DNA of 26,682 nt from a virus (lineage: Duplodnaviria; Caudoviricetes): the IMG/VR virus record IMGVR_UViG_3300042451_002223, positions 1 to 26,682 of that record. One strand, 5' to 3'. Under the pieces are notes generated by a model. It saw nothing but the letters and a program-made list of their open reading frames with translations. It was not told where the DNA came from and made no database searches. Positions 8,750 to 18,680 of this stretch are shown here, piece after piece. Both the position numbers and the translations under genes were made by a program. Each line of letters begins with the position of its first letter. Position 1 is the first letter of the stretch.

Positions 8750-9043
8750 CTAGTTTTCTTCTTTTTGTTGTTCAGGTGAAGCTTTTCTCAATACTCTGAT
8801 TGCAGATGCAAGAGCTTCGGCTTCAAGAAGACCATATGCTCCTTTCTTCTGAGCGTGGTTAGCAGATGCGACAAGTATGTAAACTGCCTGATCGGGAGTA
8901 AGGTTATGTATGAAGTTCTCATACGCTTTCTCGTCCTTATAGCCGATTATTCCAAACAGAATGTTGTTGGGATCTACTTGAGGTTGGCTTTGCTCTGCAT
9001 TAGCCTCCTCTGTTTTTTGTACTTCAGTTTGTGCTTCTTCCAT
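8750..9043 (-). CDS. Hypothetical protein (97 aa)
   Basis: Fits tightly between SSB and RNase H (gaps of 5 and 1 nt). No family recognised. Confidence 0.7.
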   Translation of the reverse strand: MEEAQTEVQKTEEANAEQSQPQVDPNNILFGIIGYKDEKAYENFIHNLTPDQAVYILVASANHAQKKGAYGLLEAEALASAIRVLRKASPEQQKEEN

Positions 9044-9048
9044 GACTT

Positions 9049-10086
9049 TTATAGATTTTTGAATAATGAATCGTATTCATCGTCCTCGGAATTAGAAGAA
9101 GCTTCAAAGATAGATTCTTCTTTAGCCGGTGCTGCGGTTTTCTCAGAAGAGAAGATTAGGTCTTCTGAAGAGTCTTTGGCTGGATTTGAAGGAGCAGAAC
9201 TCATTGATGACCTAGAACCTGACATTCTAGCTCTCAATAACTCGTTCATTTTGGTGTCCTTACTTCTTTCCAAAACCATTTGAATGATTTCCTTTTGAGG
9301 AATAGCTGCTAAGATAGCTTCTGCTACTCTTTCAAAGTCTTCTTCTCTCCAGTCTTGGTGTAAGTAATCGTCTAGTTTTGGAGTGTTCTTAGTTAAGAAC
9401 TCGTTGACTAGTTTTACTGACTTTTCGCTGTTTTCAACGATCACTTGAGTATCGCCGATTTTAAACATGAATGGAGTCACGTCATCCATAAACTTACACT
9501 TAGCCCAATCTCTAAATTCTTTGGTCTTTTTACCTACGATACAAAGGAAATCTTTTCCTTCTAATAGGTGAAATGGATTTATTTTTCTAGAAAGCGACAT
9601 TCCGTCCACTTCCTCTGGATTAACCATTTGGTCGATAAGTTGATCGATCTGGTTTCTAAACTTGAAAACTTTAAGCTGTCCTTCAAGATCTGGTCTTTGC
9701 GGATCCTTCTTAACGTAAACGATAGAGTGGTGAGTGTACCACCTGGAGAAACGAGAATCGATGTCTTTAACTAAGTCTGGTTCTTCTTTTCTTAAGGATC
9801 TCAAGACTGACTCGATGGTCCAAAGAATTGAAGGATTACCGACGTTTGATGGACAATCGACGATCACCGATTCTTTAGTTAAAGGATTCCAAAACTTAGC
9901 AGTGTACTTTGTGTACTTGCTTTTTGCTTTGTCGTGAATGTAAGGTACGAATCTGAAAACTGACTTATAAGAACCGTTGTGTGCGTTCGGATCTGGGTCA
10001 TAAACATTCTCATCTACTTTTCTACTGTTCGAAGATGCTTTCTGCTTTGAAAAAGTGTCTTCCGGTAAATCAAAGAAATCTGTCAT
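9049..10086 (-). CDS. T4 gp32-like single-stranded DNA-binding protein
   Basis: VFRFVP, DCPS, V..DP..P..EG..KVFKF...I, NPF....G.DF; Ser-rich linker and acidic tail EDDEYDSLFKNL. Confidence 0.8.
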   Translation of the reverse strand: MTDFFDLPEDTFSKQKASSNSRKVDENVYDPDPNAHNGSYKSVFRFVPYIHDKAKSKYTKYTAKFWNPLTKESVIVDCPSNVGNPSILWTIESVLRSLRKEEPDLVKDIDSRFSRWYTHHSIVYVKKDPQRPDLEGQLKVFKFRNQIDQLIDQMVNPEEVDGMSLSRKINPFHLLEGKDFLCIVGKKTKEFRDWAKCKFMDDVTPFMFKIGDTQVIVENSEKSVKLVNEFLTKNTPKLDDYLHQDWREEDFERVAEAILAAIPQKEIIQMVLERSKDTKMNELLRARMSGSRSSMSSAPSNPAKDSSEDLIFSSEKTAAPAKEESIFEASSNSEDDEYDSLFKNL

Positions 10087-10110
10087 AGTAAAATTTTTTA
10101 TTTTTTTATT

Positions 10111-10137
10111 TTATACTATTGTACTTAGTAAAGTTTA
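10111..10137 (-). promoter_or_regulatory. Bipartite promoter TAAAC-N16-GTATAA for the SSB/RNase H/groES operon
   Basis: Copy of the recurring motif, 24 nt upstream of the SSB start. Confidence 0.65.
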
Positions 10138-10156
10138 ATAGTTTCGCTATAGACAC

Positions 10157-10182
10157 AAAAAATGCCTCAAAAAGAGGCATTT
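10157..10182 (-). terminator. Intrinsic terminator after the Hc1-like gene
   Basis: Minus strand AAATGCCTC-TTTTT-GAGGCATTT followed by TTT. Confidence 0.75.
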
Positions 10183-10207
10183 CTTACTAAAATAAAGATA
10201 TTTTAGA

Positions 10208-10480
10208 TTAGGCAGGGTTCTTAGTTGCGTCAACTAATTGCTGACGTAAATTCTTAGCTCCTTCTTGGATTTTTGTCATTTCAGCTTTAACGGCTGGGTG
10301 TTTGATCGCTTTTCTGATGTCTTGCATCTTTTTCTTAAGGCGATTACCTGCGCTTCTTACACCTTTTCCATAGTATTTTTGAGCATCTTCTTCAGCTGAC
10401 TCAATGATCTCAGTGATCGGTGCAAAGATGGTAGACTGTGCAGCTGCGATTTCAGCTTTTAATTTTTCAAAATCATTCAT
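10208..10480 (-). CDS. Histone H1-like (Hc1-type) nucleoid-associated protein
   Basis: E.AEEDAQKYYGKGVRSAGNRLKKKMQDIRK matches the 'D..KF..KGN.AAG.R.RK..Q.L' core of the small Hc1-like proteins common in Bacteroidota. Confidence 0.7.
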   Translation of the reverse strand: MNDFEKLKAEIAAAQSTIFAPITEIIESAEEDAQKYYGKGVRSAGNRLKKKMQDIRKAIKHPAVKAEMTKIQEGAKNLRQQLVDATKNPA

Positions 10481-10500
10481 AATAATTTTCTTTTCTTATA

Positions 10501-10528
10501 TTTTACTAAGAAAGAAAGTATGGTTTTA
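10501..10528 (-). promoter_or_regulatory. Bipartite promoter TAAAAC-N16-GTAAAA for the Hc1-like gene
   Basis: Copy of the recurring motif; overlaps the stop codon of the upstream ORF. Confidence 0.6.
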
Positions 10529-11278
10529 GATTGATTTGATTATTATGTCTGCTTTTGGTGAAAGCTTTACGTCTGGATGGTTTTCTATGGCATGAGTTAT
10601 CCAAGCACGCATAGTGATTTCAAACTCTTTAGCAGTTATGTAATCGGTCTTAACAAAAGGCTCTAAATATTCAAAGAAAACTTCGTCTAAGAACCTATCT
10701 TCTTCTACTGCTCTAGCATACATGCCGTCTACCATGGATTCTATTTCTTCAGGTAAAAGAAAGTAAGCGTTGCTCTTTTTAGCTTTTTTTCTTTCTTCTT
10801 GTGAAGAAACTCGAGTGTTAGGATGGTCTCGATTTATTCCTACTTGATCCAAGTGATTAGTTTCGTGTACGAGTATGTCTACTAGTCTATGATAAAGCCT
10901 ATTATAGCAAGAGGGTTCCTTTTTAGGATTTAGGAGTATGTGAAACTCTATCTTAGGCACCAATGTCTCCTTTTTGTTCATCTTGGTATTAGCGTCTATC
11001 ATGTAACCTTTTTCCTTGAAATTAAGGTCTTCCCAAGGTAGGTCATTAAAGTGAGAATCTGACTTTGCTTTTGGATTAGTATTACGTTTAACGTTTAATA
11101 TTAAGTCAAACATGAATGGCTCTGTGAACTCCATTCCTGAGAAAGAGATATAGGCTTCATTATCCATAGTCCTAGATTCTCTTATCTTATCGATGAGGCT
11201 ACTGGCGACATTCTTGCAAAAAGTAATTTCTTTATCTTCGCTCTCGTTTATGAATTGTATGAACGACATCACTTTCAT
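10526..11278 (-). CDS. Putative HExxH zinc-metallopeptidase-like internal head protein
   Basis: ILVHETNHLDQ plus downstream YFLLPEEIES (third-ligand Glu candidate). N-terminus MKVMSFIQFINE resembles a capsid-targeting peptide. Confidence 0.6.
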   Translation of the reverse strand: MKVMSFIQFINESEDKEITFCKNVASSLIDKIRESRTMDNEAYISFSGMEFTEPFMFDLILNVKRNTNPKAKSDSHFNDLPWEDLNFKEKGYMIDANTKMNKKETLVPKIEFHILLNPKKEPSCYNRLYHRLVDILVHETNHLDQVGINRDHPNTRVSSQEERKKAKKSNAYFLLPEEIESMVDGMYARAVEEDRFLDEVFFEYLEPFVKTDYITAKEFEITMRAWITHAIENHPDVKLSPKADIIIKSI

Positions 11279-11766
11279 TTTTTAGTCCTAATAAAGGTGA
11301 CGTTTATTGCATTGGTAGTAGGTGATCCGTCTTGGGTAAAGACTACTTCCATCACAGCCTCTTTGTTTCCAAAAATATCTGTAGTCACCGCGTTTTTTAA
11401 CTTTTCAATGAAAGTCAAGTCAGTATCAGAAACATTTTTTTTCTTACCTTTGACTATCTCCATTAGGTTTTTCTGTTTTACCTCTAAGTCAGAATCGGTG
11501 TGTTTCTGTTTTTCTCCAGAAGTCACGTTTTTCTTTATCCAATCATTTAGGTCTGGCTCAGTAACGGAATAAGTAGGATATTCTATGACTACGCTTCCGT
11601 CTGGGTACTTACGACGACGTATACCAGAATCATCACGGTCTCCAACAAAGGCAAATAAGTATTCCTTAGGTGGTGGAGGTGCAGCGCCAGCAGCGGCTGG
11701 ATCACCAGGCATGGGCGGTAATGCTTGTTCGACTAAGAACTCTTTGTATTTCTTTAGGTGCTTCAT
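11275..11766 (-). CDS. Hypothetical, putative internal head protein (163 aa)
   Basis: N-terminus MKHLKKYKEFLVE followed by a Pro/Ala-rich linker. ATGA overlap with the next gene. Confidence 0.65.
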   Translation of the reverse strand: MKHLKKYKEFLVEQALPPMPGDPAAAGAAPPPPKEYLFAFVGDRDDSGIRRRKYPDGSVVIEYPTYSVTEPDLNDWIKKNVTSGEKQKHTDSDLEVKQKNLMEIVKGKKKNVSDTDLTFIEKLKNAVTTDIFGNKEAVMEVVFTQDGSPTTNAINVTFIRTKK

Positions 11767-11768
11767 GA

Positions 11769-12014
11769 TTACTTAGCGACGTTTCCGTAATTTTTGAACA
11801 TGTTTCGGTTGATCATTTTAGGCTTAGCGTCCTCGTATTTTGAGTCGGTCTGGATGCCTATGACTATTCCTTCATTTTTGTCAATTACTTTATATCGAAC
11901 TGCTCGATACAAGAATTCGTCATCGTCTTTCAACTTATCGAACTCTTTGTCTAATTGCTTTAATATCTCTGGATCTCGATCTTCGAATATAAACTCGCTA
12001 AAGCTAGGGATCAT
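11769..12014 (-). CDS. Hypothetical, putative internal head protein (81 aa)
   Basis: N-terminus MIPSFSEFIFE; first gene after a late box. Confidence 0.6.
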   Translation of the reverse strand: MIPSFSEFIFEDRDPEILKQLDKEFDKLKDDDEFLYRAVRYKVIDKNEGIVIGIQTDSKYEDAKPKMINRNMFKNYGNVAK

Positions 12015-12030
12015 GATGGATTGTTTTTTA

Positions 12031-12039
12031 TTATTTATC
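12031..12039 (-). promoter_or_regulatory. Late promoter-like box GATAAATAA overlapping the nrdA stop codon
   Basis: Identical to the box before the tail sheath; 16 nt upstream of the ATG at 12014. Confidence 0.65.
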
Positions 12040-13840
12040 CATCACAGGCCAAACAATCTACTGTGGCACGAGCAGCTATGTCTCCTCTAAGTACTGATTC
12101 TGTTCTCATGTAATAAAGAGTCTTGACTCCCATGTTATATGCCTCTAAGTGTACTTGATTGATGAACTTAGGTTCAGCTTCGATAGGGAAGGCAAGATTT
12201 AAGGAAACTGCTTGATCTATGTACTGTTGTCTGATTCCCGCCTGTCTTACTAGTTCTAATTGATTCAACTCTTTGAAAGTAAGGTAAACGTCCTTTAAAG
12301 GAACATACGCGTCCTGTTCAACTTCAGTAAGTTTTGACCTTTTTGAAGAAGTTATAGGATTTGAGGTTTCTCCTAGCTTTACCCAATAATTATCTAAGAA
12401 GTCTAGGCCTTGTACTGAACCACCATCTGCTAAGATTTGATTCCAAACGTCTGACGTATTGTATCCTATTTTCTCTAAGACTTTTTCTAGGCTTGGGTTT
12501 TTACGAATGAATGTTCCTTTTGCGGTCTGTTCAGTAAATACGTTTGCTGCCCAAGGTTCGATTCCAGCAGAAACATTGCCTGCTAATTTTGAATTAGAAA
12601 CAGTAGGCGCGATTGCTCTTAAGTGAGTGTTTCTCATTCCTGTACCAGAACACCAAAGAGGCTCTCCGATCTCTCTAGCCATGTCTCTAGAAGCTCTTTC
12701 GCTTTCTATCTTAAGCTGAGAAAATATCTTTCTGGTCTCGAATTGAGAAACCAAAGAATCAAAAGGAATGTTTTTGTTTTGTAAGTATGTATGCCAGCCT
12801 AGGACGCCAAGACCTAATGCTCTACCTTTTTGAGCAGACCTTACTGAGTTTTCAAATCCGCTCATGTATTTTGCACGCTGAATGAATTCTTCGAGGACTC
12901 CATCTAAAAACCAAGTAGCTGTGTAAATAAGATCAGTGTCCTTCCATTCTTCGTATCTTGCAAGGTTTAAAGAAGAAAGACAGCAAACGAATGAGTGGTT
13001 CTCATCTGTATGTAGGGTGATCTCGCTACAAATGTTTGTCATATAGACCTTAAGTCCGTTTTTCTTGTATGCTTCAGGACTTTGACGATTGATGTTACCT
13101 TTATACATGATATAAGGTTCTCCAGTAGACTTTCTCTTTTTAAGAACTGCTGCCCATCGGCGACGGGACTCCTTGTCCCCTTGTTCTAGTTTGGACATAA
13201 AATCGTCTGAAACGACAACACATTGGTGAAGGTTTAGACACTGACGATTCACGTCTCCTTTCGGTTCCCTGATCTCTAGCCATTCCCAAAAGTCTCCATG
13301 TTCTATATCTATGTTGACTGATGCTGCGCCTCGACGAACTGATCCTTGGTTGGTTGCAAGAACTGCTGAGTCGTAGATCTTACAGAACGGAACAACTCCG
13401 TCAGAAGTACCGTTTTGAGAAATGATCGAACCTGCTGGTCGAATCTGGTTTACTCCGATTCCAACGCCGCCTCCGTGTTTTGCAAGAAGCATCATCTCTA
13501 GGTTTTTACCGCCGATATCTGCAACAGAATCGGCTACGTCTATTCCAAAACAAGAAATAGGCAGACCACGCTCGGTACCAGTATTTGAAAAAACTGGAGT
13601 AGCTAGGTTTAGCCAGCCCTTCCACATGTAATCAAAAAACTTTGAAGCCATTTCTGGTTTCTTTAGTCTTTTTGCAACGGTTGTTGCTACTCGCCAATAA
13701 GCATCCTTTGGAGTCTCTCCTTCTAATAAGTAACCTCTTGAAACAGTCTTAACGTAAACTTCTGTATTTGCCCAAACTGGAAAGTGTACTCCTACTTCCC
13801 AACCTAATGCTTCACCATGATTCATTTCTTTTTCTTCCAT
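12035..13840 (-). CDS. nrdA: Class I ribonucleotide reductase alpha subunit, no ATP-cone
   Basis: ATPVFSN, PISCF, GGGVG, RRGA, TNICSEI (NxCxE), VCCLSSLN, LGLGVLG, AIAPT, DQAVSLN, KTLYY and C-terminal CLAC. Confidence 0.95.
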   Translation of the reverse strand: MEEKEMNHGEALGWEVGVHFPVWANTEVYVKTVSRGYLLEGETPKDAYWRVATTVAKRLKKPEMASKFFDYMWKGWLNLATPVFSNTGTERGLPISCFGIDVADSVADIGGKNLEMMLLAKHGGGVGIGVNQIRPAGSIISQNGTSDGVVPFCKIYDSAVLATNQGSVRRGAASVNIDIEHGDFWEWLEIREPKGDVNRQCLNLHQCVVVSDDFMSKLEQGDKESRRRWAAVLKKRKSTGEPYIMYKGNINRQSPEAYKKNGLKVYMTNICSEITLHTDENHSFVCCLSSLNLARYEEWKDTDLIYTATWFLDGVLEEFIQRAKYMSGFENSVRSAQKGRALGLGVLGWHTYLQNKNIPFDSLVSQFETRKIFSQLKIESERASRDMAREIGEPLWCSGTGMRNTHLRAIAPTVSNSKLAGNVSAGIEPWAANVFTEQTAKGTFIRKNPSLEKVLEKIGYNTSDVWNQILADGGSVQGLDFLDNYWVKLGETSNPITSSKRSKLTEVEQDAYVPLKDVYLTFKELNQLELVRQAGIRQQYIDQAVSLNLAFPIEAEPKFINQVHLEAYNMGVKTLYYMRTESVLRGDIAARATVDCLACDG

Positions 13841-13876
13841 TATCCTCTTTTTTCTTTTATTTTTACTGTTTCTTGA

Positions 13877-14884
13877 TTAACTAAATAGAGAGTCTTCGTC
13901 CCAATCTTCGTTTTCTCCTGCCTTTGCATAGTCGGTAGGTCGAATCGCAAAGAAATCGGTATGTGTGTGGCCTCCAGCAAGATGATAGAACCAGTCTAAC
14001 TCTCTTGACGCAACATCATCGTATTCAAATATGGGTTCGTAACCCAGCTCAACAAGCTTTTCGTTAGCTCTCTTTTTGATGAACTCTTTTAGATCGTTTG
14101 ATTTTAGGTTCTCTAAGTCTCCCATTTCAAACATCTTGTTGATAAAGTTTAGTTCCATTTCTACCATCAATCTAGCGGCCTCTTCGACTTGTGATCTGAC
14201 GCTTTCGCTTAGTTCTGGATACTCTTCGCACATGTGTCTAAATAGTTGACATCCCATCTTTGAGTGAAGTGATTCGTCTCTTACTGACCATTTCATCTGT
14301 TGGCCGATCCCTTTAAGTCGGTCTCTCATTTGAAAAGAGTAAAGGACGGCAAATGATGAATAGAGGGAAACACCTTCGGCAAATGCGGAAAATATAGCTA
14401 AAGATCTTGCCACATCCTTACGGGCATCCGATGACTTCTGAAGGTCCTCATGAGTATAGTCGTTTGTCGTCTCTACCAAAAACTCGAACTTTTCAGCGGT
14501 AGAAGGTTCGTGTAAGAAAGCCTTGAAGTCTTCAAGACCTAAGGTCTCATTCAAATAAGAATAAGCAGTTGCATGAATAGTCTCTTGTGAACCGAACATC
14601 ATTGCCATCTGTCTGATTTCGTGTTTTGGGAACCATTTGGTAACCATGTTTGTCCAGTAATCAGAAACCGCACATTCGGTTTGTGCAAACCCGAGCAAAA
14701 TGTTTCCGACTAAGTTTTTTTCTGATTCAGTTAATTTTTCGTTCCAGTCCTTAACGTCTCCTTGCATTGAAATCTCGGTGTGTAACCAAAATGCTTGAGC
14801 TTGTTTTAACCAGCCTTCTGTGTAATATACTGGATACTCAAAGGGTTTGTACTCTATTCTTTCTTGAAATAATTTCGATGCCAT
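13877..14884 (-). CDS. nrdB: Class I ribonucleotide reductase beta subunit
   Basis: KPFEYP, FW...E, AQTE, QETIHATAY, AEGVSLYSSF, RDESLH, DFFAIRPTDY. Confidence 0.95.
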   Translation of the reverse strand: MASKLFQERIEYKPFEYPVYYTEGWLKQAQAFWLHTEISMQGDVKDWNEKLTESEKNLVGNILLGFAQTECAVSDYWTNMVTKWFPKHEIRQMAMMFGSQETIHATAYSYLNETLGLEDFKAFLHEPSTAEKFEFLVETTNDYTHEDLQKSSDARKDVARSLAIFSAFAEGVSLYSSFAVLYSFQMRDRLKGIGQQMKWSVRDESLHSKMGCQLFRHMCEEYPELSESVRSQVEEAARLMVEMELNFINKMFEMGDLENLKSNDLKEFIKKRANEKLVELGYEPIFEYDDVASRELDWFYHLAGGHTHTDFFAIRPTDYAKAGENEDWDEDSLFS

Positions 14885-14903
14885 TTTTTTAATTTTTTTA
14901 GAC

Positions 14904-14929
14904 AGCGCGGCCTTACTATCAGCCGGGCT
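14904..14929 (-). promoter_or_regulatory. GC-rich hairpin in the nrdB leader
   Basis: mRNA AGCCCGGCUGAUAGUAAGGCCGCGCU forms an AGC-C-CGGC / GCCG-C-GCU stem in an otherwise AT-rich spacer. Confidence 0.45.
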
Positions 14930-14970
14930 AATTGTTAGATTTTTTTATTAGAGTTACTCCTTAGATTGTT

Positions 14971-14989
14971 TCTTGAATCAGATTCAAGA
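14971..14989. repeat. Perfect 9-1-9 palindrome TCTTGAATC-A-GATTCAAGA (operator-like)
   Basis: Read directly from the sequence; abuts the GATAAATAA box at 14990-14998. Confidence 0.8.
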
Positions 14990-14998
14990 TTATTTATC
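14990..14998 (-). promoter_or_regulatory. Late promoter-like box GATAAATAA upstream of nrdB-nrdA
   Basis: Exact match to the other copies; intergenic and correctly oriented. Confidence 0.55.
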
Positions 14999-15035
14999 TG
15001 AGTCATCTTGAGGACGTATAGAAGTTTGACAAAAT

Positions 15036-16211
15036 TTATTGGACAAATTCTTCTGTGAACTCAAATTTCAGATTTTTGTTGATTGGATCAACTTTAGAAA
15101 CCTTAACATAAGGATACTTACTTATGTTTTTCTCTAAGTCTTTTCGTTTTAAAGATACTTCAAAACTTTCCCCATCAACTTCGATGGCAATCGAATTATT
15201 TTTAGAATCTACTGTGTAAGAAAAGCTCTTGTTCTCTGTGCGATCCCTTAGCTTTTGCCAAGCAAGCTTTTCGCTGTTTGTATTTTCAGGAGAAAGAGTA
15301 AAGACTATCCTAAACTGACCTTTCTTAGAAGTTATGTCCTTAACGTAAACTTCTATCTTATCTCCTGGTTTGAATCCTGTTCTGGCTTTGTCATAGTCGT
15401 CAAACTCAGAATTATGGATTAGACCTGTAAAGTATTCGTCAACTTCAACGAAGACTCCAAAATCATATGGCTTACTAGTAACAGTTCCAGTATATGAATG
15501 ATTGAATTGTAGGTTCTCTATCATCACCGACATGGATTGTGTGATGTACTTTTTGTGAGATAGAATGAATAGATCGTTTGATTGATCGTAGTTGTCCACC
15601 ATTACGGTTAGGGTCTTACCTAACATGTCGTTAAAGTTGTGGACAACGTTTGCAGCTGCGTGTGAACCTGGAATAAAGCACTCAACCTCCTTGTTGTAAA
15701 GGGCTAAGTAACCTCCTTTTATCAATTTGATTATAGTGACATCGAACCATGTATTGTTTGTTTGGTGATCGAATAGCTCGTACTTGTAAGAAACAGCTAA
15801 TGCTTTTTTCTCTGAACCAAAGTTTTCTCCGTGTGAGTTGGCTTTATACAACATTACATAAAAACTAGGATCAGCACTCTTAACTAATTCTTCAATGTCT
15901 GCAGAGTATTCTCTAAAAGGAATGATGATGTTTGCTCCAGAGCTTATCTCTTCTGCATAGATCGTATCGTCCTTATAAGAAACTTGTTTTGCCATTACTC
16001 GATAAACGTTTCCGTTTATTAGGTCCTTTGTCAAGAAAGTCTCTCCTTTTTGCCAGTTTCTCATCCTGTCGTAAAGTTCTTGAGCATATGGCTCCTGACA
16101 ATAAATCTTAACACCGGCTTTCTTGTCTTCGTCTGTTAATTTTATATCAGTATTGTATTTTCCGGCCTTTCTGAACACCTCGGCATCCACTAAAATTCGT
16201 TCGTTTGTCAT
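15036..16211 (-). CDS. Ribosomal protein S1-like multi-S1-domain RNA-binding protein
   Basis: D2-like IKGGYL...ECFIPGSH...GKTLTVMV...FILSHK. D3-like YTGTVT...DFGVFVEV....GLIHNSEF...FKPGDKIEVYV. Degenerate S1-like segments lie before and after. Confidence 0.82.
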   Translation of the reverse strand: MTNERILVDAEVFRKAGKYNTDIKLTDEDKKAGVKIYCQEPYAQELYDRMRNWQKGETFLTKDLINGNVYRVMAKQVSYKDDTIYAEEISSGANIIIPFREYSADIEELVKSADPSFYVMLYKANSHGENFGSEKKALAVSYKYELFDHQTNNTWFDVTIIKLIKGGYLALYNKEVECFIPGSHAAANVVHNFNDMLGKTLTVMVDNYDQSNDLFILSHKKYITQSMSVMIENLQFNHSYTGTVTSKPYDFGVFVEVDEYFTGLIHNSEFDDYDKARTGFKPGDKIEVYVKDITSKKGQFRIVFTLSPENTNSEKLAWQKLRDRTENKSFSYTVDSKNNSIAIEVDGESFEVSLKRKDLEKNISKYPYVKVSKVDPINKNLKFEFTEEFVQ

Positions 16212-16228
16212 TTTTTATATTTTAAGCT

Positions 16229-16257
16229 TTATACAATAGTATTTAACTGAAGTTTTA
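16229..16257 (-). promoter_or_regulatory. Bipartite promoter TAAAAC-N17-GTATAA for the S1-like gene
   Basis: Copy of the recurring motif, 17 nt upstream of the start codon. Confidence 0.65.
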
Positions 16258-16269
16258 GTTAAAAAATCA

Positions 16270-18674
<2,405 letters not shown>

Positions 18675-18680
18675 TAGTAA

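Noticed and set aside
1163-13840. Inteins or self-splicing introns in the polymerase or nrdA
   Set aside because: No intein terminal motifs or homing endonuclease ORFs are visible; nrdA is contiguous and the polymerase stop is followed 2 nt later by another ORF.
16242-16263. TTTAACT/AGTTAAA inverted repeat after groEL as a terminator
   Set aside because: The stem is weak and AT-rich, and it overlaps the S1-like gene's promoter motif; it could be chance.
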